64,000 nt of DNA from an uncultured Alphaproteobacteria bacterium (GCA_963696555.1 CAVOKR010000006.1:2660-66659), one strand, 5' to 3'. Positions 8,578 to 19,324 are shown, counted from the first letter of the stretch. Notes: a model not told the origin generated them from the sequence alone. Numbers and translations: made by a program.

Positions 8578-9975
8578 TTGACGATAACGACACGACAGAC
8601 GTTCTCGGTTGCGCCGGCTTGCCGCCGCGACGCCATCGCCGCTTGGCGCACGAATGACGATAGGCTCACCGGCGATTACCGCCGCGACGCCGAGGACTTG
8701 TCGCGGCAATGGCGCATTGGCGCCGAGATGCTGGCTTTCCTGCCGCCAAAGCCGAAACGCTCGACCGCCGAAGCCCGCGCGGCAGCGGCGATCCTTGAGC
8801 GCAACCGCGCGGCGCGGCAAAGATTTCTCGGCCTTTACGTCGAGACGATTTACCGGCGCCTGACCGACGGCATGGTGAAATTCAAGCGCGTCGAGCATCT
8901 GGTCCGCGACGCCGCGACCGTCCTGCCCGGCCTGGTACCCGACGACGCCCAGCTTCGCCGCGACGACGGCCTGCAGCAGCGCGACAAGGACGGTTTCGAG
9001 ATCGACCAGGGCTTGTTGCTGTCACACGTGCTCGCGCATGGCGCCTGCGGCACGCATCTCTGCCATGCCATGCTGCTGCCGCGGCCCGAAGCGCATGACC
9101 AAAGCCGCCGTTTCGCGGAAACCGGCAGGCTCGATCTCGAAGGCGCGACGCTGGAACGCCGCGGCAAGGCAGCCATCGTCACCATGCGCAATCCGCGCTT
9201 TCTCAATGCCGAGGACGAGGCCACGCTCGACGGTCTCGAAATCGCGATCGACGTCGCCATTCTCGATGCCGAGACCGACATCGCGGTGCTGCGCGGCGAC
9301 ACCGTCGAGCATTCAAAATACCGCGGCCGGCGCCTGTTTTCCGCGGGCATCAATCTGACGCACCTCTACCACGGCAAGATCTCTTATGTTTGGTACATCA
9401 AGCGCGACATGGGGCTGGTCAACAAACTGTTCCGCGGCGTGGCGCAGCCCGGTGTCAGCCCCGACGAAGTCGGCGGCGGCACGATCGAGAAGCCGTGGAT
9501 CGGGGTCGTCGACGGCTTTGCCATCGGCGGCGGCTGTCAGCTCCTACTGACGCTCGATTACGTGCTGGCAGCGAGCGATGCCTATATGACCTTGCCGGCG
9601 CGCAAGGAAGGCATCATTCCCGGCGCTGCCAATCTGCGGCTGTGGCGCTTCACCGGCGACCGCATCGCCCGGCAGGCGATCCTCTACGGGCGGCGGCTCG
9701 ATTGCGATAGCCCGGAAGGCCGTTTGATCTGCGACGAGATCGCGCCGCCGGCGTCAATCGATGCAGCCCTTGACCACGTCATCGACGGCTTCACCAGTTC
9801 CGGCGTCGTCAGCGCCGCCGGCAATCGCCGCGCCATTCGGGTCGGCCAGGAACCGCTCGACACCTTCCGACGCTATATGGCGGTCTATGCGCGCGAACAG
9901 GCTTATTGCCATTTCAGCCCGGCATTGATCGCCAATCTGGAGCGGCACTGGAACGCGCAGAACCGCGCGCCGTAA
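8578..9975 (+). CDS. crotonase-fold protein resembling DpgC (3,5-dihydroxyphenylacetyl-CoA 1,2-dioxygenase)
   Basis: ..AIAAWRTNDDRLTGDY..AFLPPKPKRSTAE.. N-domain plus enoyl-CoA-hydratase core (..RGRRLFSAGINL.., ..VDGFAIGGGCQLLL..). Start uncertain: in-frame TTG 8578, while ATG 8568 with an SD is out of frame (possible further indel). Confidence 0.65.
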   Translation: MTITTRQTFSVAPACRRDAIAAWRTNDDRLTGDYRRDAEDLSRQWRIGAEMLAFLPPKPKRSTAEARAAAAILERNRAARQRFLGLYVETIYRRLTDGMVKFKRVEHLVRDAATVLPGLVPDDAQLRRDDGLQQRDKDGFEIDQGLLLSHVLAHGACGTHLCHAMLLPRPEAHDQSRRFAETGRLDLEGATLERRGKAAIVTMRNPRFLNAEDEATLDGLEIAIDVAILDAETDIAVLRGDTVEHSKYRGRRLFSAGINLTHLYHGKISYVWYIKRDMGLVNKLFRGVAQPGVSPDEVGGGTIEKPWIGVVDGFAIGGGCQLLLTLDYVLAASDAYMTLPARKEGIIPGAANLRLWRFTGDRIARQAILYGRRLDCDSPEGRLICDEIAPPASIDAALDHVIDGFTSSGVVSAAGNRRAIRVGQEPLDTFRRYMAVYAREQAYCHFSPALIANLERHWNAQNRAP

Positions 9976-9984
9976 GCATCGCCC

Positions 9985-11001
9985 TTAGCGCGACGCGAAA
10001 TCCATGCCGTCGAAGCGGGTTCTTTGCTCGTCGCTGAGTTTGGTCTCGAAATTGGCGAGCGCGACTTGGATCGACAACACGGCACGGTAGGTCGCGTCGA
10101 GCCGGGCGCCGATCGCTTCCATTCGCCCGAACGGGGTGAGCGGCACAGAGGTCGGGCAATGCGCCTCGAGGTCGATGGCGGCCTGACTGAAGGCCTGCTT
10201 CATATCGTCGAAGGCCGCGCGTTGTGCGTCGGTCGGTTGCACCGATCGCTCGATCTCGTCCGCCGAAACCCCGATCGCAGCCTGGGCGCCGGTGCAGGAC
10301 GGTGCGGCGTCGGCTTGCTGTGCGCGATCCGCCACGGCGGCAGGAACGGCGGCAAATCTCGCTTTCTGCTCGTCGGTCAGCGATTGGGCAAAATCCTGCA
10401 GCGGCTGGCGGATCATGTCGACCGCCATTGCCAATTCTTCGAGTTGCGATTGCATAAGCTGCATGCGCGCGACAGGCTCCGACGGTATCGCGGTGGGGCA
10501 TGATTTTGCCAGAGAGCCGGATGCCGCGCCGACCGCGCCGCCGAGCTTCTGCAAAAGCGGCTCCTGATCCGGCGTCGGCGTTATCTCCTGGCTCAGGCGG
10601 CCGATGATGGCTTGGGCGTCATCGGAAGGCTGACAGAGCTGCGGCGATTGGTCAGGCAGCCGTTTGGCAAACGCGGTGGTGAAGATCGCCTGGTAGCTGA
10701 ACGGCCACGCCGACGCATAAGTCGGCCAGAAAATGTTCTGGAAAATCGCCGACAGCGCGAGGTTGGGATAGAGCAGCGCCGCCGCCTCGCTCTGCCCGGG
10801 CTCGAGCGGCGCCGTCTCGCGGCCGGTCGCATCGTTCGGATTGGCCCGCATATACAGCGGGTGATGCCGGTAGCGCCAGCCGATATAGGGCAATCCGATA
10901 TGGAAGGGCCCGATCCGCAAGCCGAATGCTGCAGCAGGCGGGGGTGCGCAAAGGGCCGCGGCCAAAACGCCAAGCGTCAGGCAAGCGCCAAGCTTTCGCA
11001 T
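9985..11001 (-). CDS. periplasmic protein with two LTXXQ-type motifs (Spy/CpxP-like)
   Basis: Signal peptide MRKLGACLTLGVLAAALCAPPPAAA. SLTDEQKARF and KLSDEQRTRF motifs. The ORF upstream of ATG 11001 is Arg/Ser-rich junk. Confidence 0.55.
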   Translation of the reverse strand: MRKLGACLTLGVLAAALCAPPPAAAFGLRIGPFHIGLPYIGWRYRHHPLYMRANPNDATGRETAPLEPGQSEAAALLYPNLALSAIFQNIFWPTYASAWPFSYQAIFTTAFAKRLPDQSPQLCQPSDDAQAIIGRLSQEITPTPDQEPLLQKLGGAVGAASGSLAKSCPTAIPSEPVARMQLMQSQLEELAMAVDMIRQPLQDFAQSLTDEQKARFAAVPAAVADRAQQADAAPSCTGAQAAIGVSADEIERSVQPTDAQRAAFDDMKQAFSQAAIDLEAHCPTSVPLTPFGRMEAIGARLDATYRAVLSIQVALANFETKLSDEQRTRFDGMDFASR

Positions 11002-11032
11002 GATGGGGCATCCTAAAATTTCGTGCCGAAAC

Positions 11033-12346
11033 TCAACGCGCGTGAGGGGCGGCCGGTTCCATGGCGACTTTTCGTTCCGCCGGCTCGCCTTGCCGCTTGT
11101 CGCCGAGGCGAAGGAACGGCACCAACACGAAGGCAAACGCCGTGAAGGCGGCCGAGAGGATGACGAGCGGCGCCAGCGCGTTGTTGAAAACATGGGTATA
11201 GAGAAACGAACCGACATTGTCGGCCAACGACGACGCGAGATTGATGATGGACATCAGAACCGCGAAGGCAAAGCCCTCCGCGCGCGGCGGGCAATAATCG
11301 GCGGCGAGCGTCAGTGTCGCGACGGTCGCGAGCATCGCCGAGAACCCGGCACAGAAGTAAATGACCGCCGCCGCCGCCTCGCCGGTCAGCAACAGAAAGG
11401 CGGCGGTCGTCACGGTGCCGAGCGCGATGCTGAGGTTCAACAGGTTGCGCAGCGTCAACTCGCCGAAGAACCTCCGATAAAGCAGCGCGCCTGCGACCCA
11501 GCCGGCCGAGGAGATCGAGCCGAGGATGCCGATATAGGCTTGCGAGAAGTGCAGCTCGTCGGTCATCTGGAAGTACAGCGGCGTGCTCAGCCCGGGACTG
11601 AAGTAATAAAGAAATATGAAGAAGGCGATGATCCAGAGCTCGCGGCGTTCGAACGACGCCGTGAGGCCGCCTAGCGTTGCCTTCATGCCCTGCATATTGA
11701 TCGTGGTTTTCTTTTCCGGGATCAGCAGCACGCTGCCGAAGATTACCGCAAAGGGGGCTATGGCGACGATCAACGCGGCGATGTGGAGCGCCGACCCTGC
11801 GGAAAGGTGCTGCACCAGCTGCCCGCCGATAACGGCGGCCGCCATGCCGGCGATGTTGAACCAAAGCCATTGCTGATTGACAAAAGTGCCGCTTTCGTGG
11901 AGCCGCTGGCCGTTCTCGACCAGCACCGCACCGCACAGCGTGCTCGAGATTGCCATCGCATAGGCGGTGGTCATCAGAGCCAGCATGAGACTGCTGGGCC
12001 GGTCGAGGATCGCGGTCCACAGGTAGCCCGCGGTCGCCGCCACATTGGCGATAATCAGATAGCTTTTGCGCCGATAGCCGAACAGCGGCACGAAATCCGA
12101 GATCAGGCCGTATACAGGCTTGATGATCCACGGCAGGTTGAACAACGTCAGGTAAGCGGTGATCTGAAACGGCGTCCAGCCATGGACTTCTTTCAGATAA
12201 TAATTCAGCGGCTGGGCAATCAGGCCGCCGATCTGGCCGACGCCCTCGACGACATAAACCAGCGCGAAAAACAGCAGGAGATGCCTGGTCGTTGCGCGCT
12301 GTTCGGGATTTGCGGCGGTATCGGCCGCGAGCGCTTCTTCATCCAT
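11033..12346 (-). CDS. MFS transporter, folate-biopterin transporter (BT1) family
   Basis: 437 aa, about 12 TM. ..LPWIIKPVYGLISD..P..GYRRKSY.. motif typical of BT1 proteins. Confidence 0.75.
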   Translation of the reverse strand: MDEEALAADTAANPEQRATTRHLLLFFALVYVVEGVGQIGGLIAQPLNYYLKEVHGWTPFQITAYLTLFNLPWIIKPVYGLISDFVPLFGYRRKSYLIIANVAATAGYLWTAILDRPSSLMLALMTTAYAMAISSTLCGAVLVENGQRLHESGTFVNQQWLWFNIAGMAAAVIGGQLVQHLSAGSALHIAALIVAIAPFAVIFGSVLLIPEKKTTINMQGMKATLGGLTASFERRELWIIAFFIFLYYFSPGLSTPLYFQMTDELHFSQAYIGILGSISSAGWVAGALLYRRFFGELTLRNLLNLSIALGTVTTAAFLLLTGEAAAAVIYFCAGFSAMLATVATLTLAADYCPPRAEGFAFAVLMSIINLASSLADNVGSFLYTHVFNNALAPLVILSAAFTAFAFVLVPFLRLGDKRQGEPAERKVAMEPAAPHAR

Positions 12347-12382
12347 CGCTTAGTTGCCTGCCGACTCGGTCGCTCCACTATG

Positions 12383-12940
12383 TCACGAAGAGGACCGGTC
12401 GCCGGTCGATACCGCTTGCTCGATATCGAGTTTTTCCACGATCGTCTCGACGATCTCGCGAGGATGCGGCGCGACCGACACCACGATGGGGTTTTCGTCG
12501 GCCTGCGGTTCTTCGAGGGCTTCGAACTGGCTATCGAGCAGTTCCGGCGGCATGAAATGATCGGATCGCGCCGCGATCCGGCCGCCGATCAGCTCGCGGT
12601 CGCCCTTGAGAAACACGATCCGCACGTCGCTCCTGTCGCCGATCAACACGTCGCGGTAGGCGCGTTTGAGCGCCGAGCAGGCGACGACGCCGTGGTGGCC
12701 GGCCTTTCGCGTGGCGTCGATCCAGTCGGCGATGGCGTGAAGCCACGGCCAGCGATCGGCGTCATTGAGCGGGTCGCCGTGATGCATTTTCTCGATATTC
12801 GATTTCGGATGCAGCCAGTCGCCGTCCTCATAAATCCAATGCAGGCGATGGGCGAGCATCGACGCAATGGTGCTTTTGCCGGAGCCCGATACGCCCATGA
12901 CGACCAGAACGGCGATCTCACCGGCGGGCTCCGCGCTCAT
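12383..12940 (-). CDS. gntK: gluconokinase
   Basis: VMGVSGSGKST P-loop, ..ACSALKRAYRD.. motif. Start ATG overlaps the pgl stop (ATGA). Confidence 0.85.
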   Translation of the reverse strand: MSAEPAGEIAVLVVMGVSGSGKSTIASMLAHRLHWIYEDGDWLHPKSNIEKMHHGDPLNDADRWPWLHAIADWIDATRKAGHHGVVACSALKRAYRDVLIGDRSDVRIVFLKGDRELIGGRIAARSDHFMPPELLDSQFEALEEPQADENPIVVSVAPHPREIVETIVEKLDIEQAVSTGDRSSS

Positions 12941-13689
12941 TCTACATTCTCCCCGGCGGCGGCGCGCACGACAAGCCAATCGAGATCGCCCTCGGCATAG
13001 GCTCGACGTGCCGGCAAATCCTCGCCGGCCAGCACGCGATGCAAGATCGGTGCTTTGCCGGCACCATCGACCAGGAACAGCATTTCGCCGGTCGATGCGA
13101 GCGCCGGAAAAGTCAGCGTCACGCGCGGTACGAAGGGCGTCATGCCGGCCTCGGCGATGCCCAGCACCCAGCGTTCTTTTTCGAAAAGCGCCGGCGACTG
13201 CGGGAATAGTGACGCCGTATGGCCGTCGCTGCCGAGACCCATCAACACCAGATCGAACAGCGGCCGCGCCGGGTCGAGACGCTGCCCGCCGTAGAACGCC
13301 TTTAGCTCGGCTTCATAGCGCCGTGCCGCTTCGTCCGGGTCCGGCGCTTCGGTCGGCATCGGATGAATAGTGCCGTCGGGCGCGCCAACGCGATCGAGGA
13401 AGAGCCGCCGCGCCGCGCCCATATTGCTCAGCGGATCGCTTTGCGGAACGAAGCGGTCGTCACCGATGAACCAATGCGTGCGGTCCCACGGCACTTTGCT
13501 TCGCCACGGCTCTTCGGCGAGCAGGCGGTAAAGTCCCTCTGGACTCGATCCGCCGGTCAGGCATACGGCGGCGCGGTCTTTGCCGCTGATGCGATCGATC
13601 AGCCGTTGTGCCGCCGTCCGCGCCAGCTCGGCATGATCTTCGGCAATAACGATCTTGGGCTGCGATCGCGTATTCATCACCGTACTCAC
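12937..13689 (-). CDS. pgl: 6-phosphogluconolactonase
   Basis: ..CLTGGSSP..LMGLGSDGHTASLFP.. motifs. 250 aa. Confidence 0.9.
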   Translation of the reverse strand: MSTVMNTRSQPKIVIAEDHAELARTAAQRLIDRISGKDRAAVCLTGGSSPEGLYRLLAEEPWRSKVPWDRTHWFIGDDRFVPQSDPLSNMGAARRLFLDRVGAPDGTIHPMPTEAPDPDEAARRYEAELKAFYGGQRLDPARPLFDLVLMGLGSDGHTASLFPQSPALFEKERWVLGIAEAGMTPFVPRVTLTFPALASTGEMLFLVDGAGKAPILHRVLAGEDLPARRAYAEGDLDWLVVRAAAGENVE

Positions 13690-15237
13690 GCAATCGTCCG
13701 CCAGCGGCGTCCATCCCGCGCCAACAGCGCGTCGGCCTCCGCCGGACCTTCGCTGCCCGCCCGATAGAGCGCGAGCCCACGAGACGGCGCGTCGCGCCAG
13801 GCCTCGAGGAAGGGCTCAACGACGCGCCAGCCGGCCTCGATGCCGTCGGCGCGCGGGTAGAGGATGGCGTCACCGATCATGCAGTCGTAGATCAGCGTTT
13901 CGTAGCCGGTCGACGGCGGGGTCTCGAAATAGTCCTCGTATTTGAAGGTCATGCCGACGCCGCCGATCGAGATCGAAGGGCCCGGAATCTTGGCATTGAA
14001 TTCAAGCCCGATGATTTCCTTGGGCTGGATGCCGATCACCAAAAAATTCTCGGCAAGTTTCTCGACCGGCGTATTGCGGAACATCGCGACCGGCGCCTGC
14101 TTGAATTTGATCGCGACTTCAGTCTGCTTGCCCCGCAGCGCCTTGCCGGTGCGCAAATAGAACGGCACGCCCGCCCAGCGCCAATTGTCGATCATCAGTT
14201 TCAGCGCGACGTAGGTTTCCGTCGTGCTGTTCGGGTCGACGTCCTTGGTCGCGCGATAATCTTCCACGGCGCGATTGTCGATAAAGCCGCCGGTGTATTG
14301 CGCGCGCACGGCATTGCGCAACGCTTCGTCGCGGGTCTGCAATTGTACGGCGTCGAGGAGCTGCGCCTTCTCGGCCCGCACCGAATCGGCGGCAAAGCGC
14401 GACGGCGGTTCCATGCCGATCAGCGACAACAGCTGCAACAGATGGTTCGGCACCATGTCGCGCAGCGCGCCGGTCGCGTCGTAGTAATTGCCGCGGCGCC
14501 CGACGGTAAGCGATTCCGCGACCGTAATCTGCACATGCTCGATATGCTGCCGGTTCCAGATCGGCTCGAACAAGCCGTTGGCAAAGCGCAGCACCAGAAT
14601 ATTCTGCACGGTTTCCTTGCCGAGATAATGGTCGATGCGGAAAATCTGATGTTCGGCGAGGATGCCGAGCAGCTTTTCATTGAGCGCGCGCGCCGAGGCG
14701 AGATCGGTGCCGAACGGCTTTTCGATAACGACGCGCCGCCACGCGCCGTTTTCTTCCCGCGCCAGCCCCGACTGGCCGAGGCGAGTCCCGATCGGTGCAA
14801 AAGCGCTGGGCGGCGTCGCCAGATAAAACAGCCGGTTGCCTTTGGTGCCGCGCTCGCGCTCGATGCGCGACAACTCCTCGCCGAGCTTCCGATAGGTCGC
14901 CTCGTCCTCGGGGTCGCCCTGTACATAGGCGACGCAGCCAAGGAGCCGCTCGACGACGCGCTGGTCGATCTGCCGGGTGGCGAATTTCGGCAGGCTCTTT
15001 GCCAGATCGTCACGGAACAGCCGCGCTCGATTGCTCGCTGCGCGCGACGCCGATCAAGGCAAAATTCTCCGGCAATAGGCCGGAGACGCCGAGATTATAG
15101 AGGGCAGGGAGGAGGAGCCGATGGGTCAGATCGCCGGAGGCCCCGAAAATCACCAGCGTGCATGGATCGGCGACCCGGGCGCTGGTCGGTGCGGTTTTCG
15201 CGGGACCGTTGCCGGCAGCCGTCTTGTCTGCCGTCAT
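13686..15237 (-). pseudogene. zwf: glucose-6-phosphate dehydrogenase, 1-nt frameshift near 15025
   Basis: N-terminus [22 protein letters not shown] (15010-15237 frame) and body ..RIDHYLGKE.. (13686-14873 frame and upstream) join at ..[18 protein letters not shown].. Confidence 0.9.
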
Positions 15238-16257
15238 GACGCCTTGGCCTTCGCATCCGGTTTCGGCCCGGCCTTTGACGAGGCTTTCGGTTCGACGTGC
15301 GCGCCAAAACCATGCCGCATCGCCGAGAGGATTTTCTCCGCGAAGGTGTGGTCGCGGCGCGAGCGAAAGCGGGTGTAGAGCGCGGCCGAGAGAACGTCCG
15401 CCGGCACCGCTTCGTCGATCGCCGCCATGATGGTCCAGCGGCCTTCGCCGGAATCCTCGACCACGCCTTCGTAACCCGCGAGTTGCGGGTCGCCGGCGAG
15501 CGCACTCGCCGTCAGATCGAGCAGCCAGGAACTGACGACGCTGCCGCGGCGCCAGACTTCGGCGATGTCGGTGAGATCGAGATCGAAGCGCGCATCCGCC
15601 GGCAAGGCGTCGCTGTTGGCATTGCGCAAAATGTCGAACCCTTCGGCGTAAGCCTGCATCAGCCCGTATTCGATGCCGTTATGGATCATCTTGACGAAAT
15701 GCCCGGCGCCGTTCGGGCCGGCATGGATGTAGCCTTGCTCCGCGCGCGGATCGCGTCCGGAGCGCCCGGGCGTGCGCGCGATCTCGCCCAGGCCGGGCGC
15801 CAGCGCGCTGAAAATCGGATCGAGCCTTTCGACCGTCTCCTTCGCGCCGCCGATCATCATGCAATAGCCGCGCTCGAGTCCCCAGACGCCGCCGCTCGTG
15901 CCGACGTCGATGTGATGGATGCCGCGCTCCTTCAGCATCGCGGCGCGGCGGATATCGTCCTTCCAGAACGTATTGCCGCCGTCGAGCACGACGTCGCCGG
16001 GCTGCAGCAAGCGGCCGAGTTGGTCGATGGTGTCTTCGGTGATCTTACCCGCCGGCAGCATGACCCAGACCGCGCGCGGCGCGCGCAGATGCGCCGACGA
16101 GTTTCTCCAGTCCGGCGGCGCCCGTGGCGCCGTCGCTCCGCAGCGCCTCGACCGCTTTCGCGTCACGATCGTAAACGACCGTCTCGTGGCCGTGCTGCAT
16201 CAGGCGGCGGGTAATATTGCCACCCATACGCCCGAGACCGATGATGCCGATCTGCAT
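15234..16257 (-). pseudogene. gnd: 6-phosphogluconate dehydrogenase (decarboxylating, short form), 1-nt frameshift near 16092
   Basis: [19 protein letters not shown].. N-terminus in one frame, ..[32 protein letters not shown].. in the next. SD ggag before ATG 16257. Confidence 0.9.
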
Positions 16258-16283
16258 GCGCGCCACTCCGTTTTTTCAATGTT

Positions 16284-19142
16284 TCATGACAAGGCGCGTT
16301 CGACGGCGGCCTTGAGCGCGGCGAGACCTGAGGCAACATCGCTGCCGAGATGGATGCGAAGCGCGCGCCGGCCGCGTTCCACCAAAACGTCGAAGTCGCC
16401 ACGCGCTTGTGCTGCCTTGATGACGCCGAAGCTCGCCCGATGTCCCGGAATGGCAAGATCGGCGGCATCCTGGGAGGTGATTTGGAGGAAGACGCCGCTG
16501 TCGGGACCGCCCTTATAGGCCTGACCGGTCGAGTGCAGAAAACGAGGTCCGAACTCGAGGCAGGTGGCGACCCGGCGCCGATCCCGGATGCCAAGCCGCA
16601 TCTCTTGCAATAGCGCCGCATCGTCGCCGCCATAGGCCAGATAGGCCAAGAGCGCGACATAGTCGCCGGAGCCGATTTGCGCGAAATGCGCCCGCAGCCA
16701 GCTTTCGACGGTGCCGTCGGCGCCTGCTTTGCGCAACGCCTCGGCGTTGGTCGCGTCGGTATAGACGGCGAGCGCTTCCTCGGAGCAGACCGGGATCTCG
16801 CGCGGCAGAGCGCCTGTCTGTTCGAATGCCGCGGTCAATTCTCGCGTCTTTGTTTTGCTCGCCTCGACATCGGGCTGATCGAACGGATTGATGCCGAGCA
16901 CGGCGCCGGCGATGGCGGTTGCGATTTCGAAGCGGAAGAACTCCTGGCCGATATCGGACTTTTCATTCTGCACAATGCGGATGACGGGGTGGCCGGCTTT
17001 CTCGAGCTTGGCGAGCTTGCTGTCGTGATCGGCGTCGATCTCTGTTTTAAGCGCCAGATCGATGAACAGACGATCGTCGCCGTAGAGCTCGGGCCGGACG
17101 AGCGGCTCGCCGTCGATCGGGATCAAGCCTTTGCCGTGCTTGCCGGTCGATTCCGCGAACAGCTGCTCGGCCCATCCGCCAAAGCTTTTGAGCCCAGGCG
17201 AGGCGAAAATCGTCACCTTATCGCGGCCTCGCGACGCCGCAGCACCGAGCGCGATGCCAAGCGCAATACCGGGATTTTCGGCCGGCGGCACATCGGGTCC
17301 GCACGAGCGCATCATCATGCGGGTGGCGCGAAGCAGCGCGGCGACGTCGATCCCCGCAATGGCGGCCGGAACGAGACCGAAGGGCGAGAGCACCGAGTAG
17401 CGGCCGCCGATGCTCGGCACGCCATGGAAGATGTGGCGGAAGCCTTGCTCTTTGGCTTTCTTTTCCAGCGACGAGCCGGGATCGGTAACGGCGATGAAGT
17501 GCGCTCCGGCCTTGTTGGCGCCGATGGCGTCGGCGACGCGTTTGAAAAAATAATCCTTCAGCACATTGGGCTCGGTGGTGCTGCCGGATTTGCTCGACAC
17601 GATGAACAAGGTCTTGGTGAGATCGATTTCCTTTTCGACCGCAGCGATCTGCGCCGGGACCGTGGAATTGAGAATGCGCAGGCGCGGCCAGCCGCGGTTA
17701 TGACCGAGCACGGCCGCCAGCACCTCCGGGCCGAGACTGGAACCGCCCATGCCGAGCAGCACCGCGTTCGTGAAGTCACGTTTGACGGTCCTGGCGAAGG
17801 CCGTGTATTGGGCAATCTCTTCGTCGTCCGGAAGATCGAGCCAGCCGAGCCAGCGATCCTCGTCGGCATTGGTCCACAGCGATTTGTCGCGCTGCCACAG
17901 CCGCCGGATGTTGCCGTGAGCGCGCCATTCTTCGGCGATCTCGTCGGCTTTCTTGGCCAAGCCATTGCCCAGTGCAAGCGATTGGCGGGCGATTTTCCGC
18001 TCCAGAATTTGCGCCCGCTTTTTGGCGACCGAGGCGAGGAGCTTGTCGGCCGCTTCGGCGAACAGCCGCACGGCGTCGACGACGAGCCTGTCGGTGATAT
18101 GATCGAGGTCGATGCCGGTCCGGGCGAGATCGTCCAGCGCGCGTTGCGCGCCTGCCGCATCCTCTTCGAGACTGTTGCGCAATTTGCCGTGGTCGCGGAA
18201 CGCATCGAGGGTCCCGACCGGCATGGTGTTGACAGTATCGGGTCCGATCAGTTCTTCGACATAGATGACGTCGCTATAGGCTTTGTTCTTGGTCCCGGTC
18301 GAGGCCCAGAGCAGCCGCTGCGGTTTGGCGCCTTTGTCGGCGAGCGCCTGCCACCGCGGACCGGCAAAGAGCCGCAGGTAGTGCTGATAGGCGAGCTTGG
18401 CGTTGGCGATGGCGATCTTGCCCTGCAGCGCCCGCAGCCGCGCCTTTTCATCGGGATCGTTGGCGCGGGCGATCTTGTCGTCGAGCATACCGTCGACTGC
18501 GGTGTCGATGCGGCTGACGAAGAAGCTCGCGACGCTCGCGACCCGGGAAACGTCGCCGCCGTTCGCCGCAAGGGCTTCGAGGCCCGAAATGTACGCTTCC
18601 ACAACCTGTTGGTAGACGGATTGCGCAAACAACAGCGTGATGTTCACGTTGATGCCGGTCGCGATCAACTCGCGGATGGCCGGCAAGCCCTCCGGCGTTG
18701 CCGGCACTTTGATCATCAGGTTTTTTCGATCGATGGCGTGCCGCAAGCGCTTCGCTTCGGTGACGGTCGCTTTGGTGTCCGCGGCCAGATAGGGCGAGAC
18801 CTCCATACTGACAAGACCGTCGGCGCCGCCGGCGGCCTCGTACACGGGGGAAAGAACATCGGCGGCCTTTTGGATATCCTCCACCGCGAGCTGTTCGAAA
18901 ATCTCGCCCGCCGACCGGTCGCTTGCCTGCAGCAGTGCGGCAATCGCCGAGTCATATTCATCGCCATGCGCAATGGCATGTTCGAAAATCGAAGGATTCG
19001 ACGTCACCCCGCGGAGTCCGTCCTGATCGACGAGCTTTTTCAGGCCGCCTTTTGCGACAAAGCCGCGAGAGAGAAAATCAAGCCACACCGCTTGGCCGTG
19101 TTCGTGCAACGACTGCAGAGGATTCATTGCCGGATGTTCCAA
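16284..19142 (-). CDS. bifunctional transaldolase / glucose-6-phosphate isomerase fusion
   Basis: 952 aa, intact. N-terminal transaldolase (..GVTSNPSIF..MIKVPAT..) fused to a PGI domain (..GMGGSSLGPE..IVSSKSGSTTEP..). Confidence 0.9.
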   Translation of the reverse strand: MEHPAMNPLQSLHEHGQAVWLDFLSRGFVAKGGLKKLVDQDGLRGVTSNPSIFEHAIAHGDEYDSAIAALLQASDRSAGEIFEQLAVEDIQKAADVLSPVYEAAGGADGLVSMEVSPYLAADTKATVTEAKRLRHAIDRKNLMIKVPATPEGLPAIRELIATGINVNITLLFAQSVYQQVVEAYISGLEALAANGGDVSRVASVASFFVSRIDTAVDGMLDDKIARANDPDEKARLRALQGKIAIANAKLAYQHYLRLFAGPRWQALADKGAKPQRLLWASTGTKNKAYSDVIYVEELIGPDTVNTMPVGTLDAFRDHGKLRNSLEEDAAGAQRALDDLARTGIDLDHITDRLVVDAVRLFAEAADKLLASVAKKRAQILERKIARQSLALGNGLAKKADEIAEEWRAHGNIRRLWQRDKSLWTNADEDRWLGWLDLPDDEEIAQYTAFARTVKRDFTNAVLLGMGGSSLGPEVLAAVLGHNRGWPRLRILNSTVPAQIAAVEKEIDLTKTLFIVSSKSGSTTEPNVLKDYFFKRVADAIGANKAGAHFIAVTDPGSSLEKKAKEQGFRHIFHGVPSIGGRYSVLSPFGLVPAAIAGIDVAALLRATRMMMRSCGPDVPPAENPGIALGIALGAAASRGRDKVTIFASPGLKSFGGWAEQLFAESTGKHGKGLIPIDGEPLVRPELYGDDRLFIDLALKTEIDADHDSKLAKLEKAGHPVIRIVQNEKSDIGQEFFRFEIATAIAGAVLGINPFDQPDVEASKTKTRELTAAFEQTGALPREIPVCSEEALAVYTDATNAEALRKAGADGTVESWLRAHFAQIGSGDYVALLAYLAYGGDDAALLQEMRLGIRDRRRVATCLEFGPRFLHSTGQAYKGGPDSGVFLQITSQDAADLAIPGHRASFGVIKAAQARGDFDVLVERGRRALRIHLGSDVASGLAALKAAVERALS

Positions 19143-19324
19143 TTTCTTCGCGATTTATGCGATTTCGTACGTTGCAATCCGATTCCCGCGGCCGGCAATA
19201 CACTAGCGAGAACGAAGCGAAAATTCCGCAACATTCCGGGCCCCTTTAGCAGGAACGATTGAAGCGCCTGGGTGTTCCCGCGGGCGCTGTGGCATTCGCG
19301 CGCGTCGGCGCGCTCGGCAGGGGC

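Noticed and set aside
16677-19262. Very long antisense or alternative-frame ORFs, e.g. 16677-19262 (861 aa), 24718-26004, 46756-48051, 3730-4674, 11783-13000, 14298-15239 and 19259-20008
   Set aside because: They lie opposite or out of frame to genes with unmistakable conserved motifs, and they translate to Arg/Ala/Gly/Pro-rich low-complexity sequence. They are expected stop-codon-poor artefacts of high-GC DNA.
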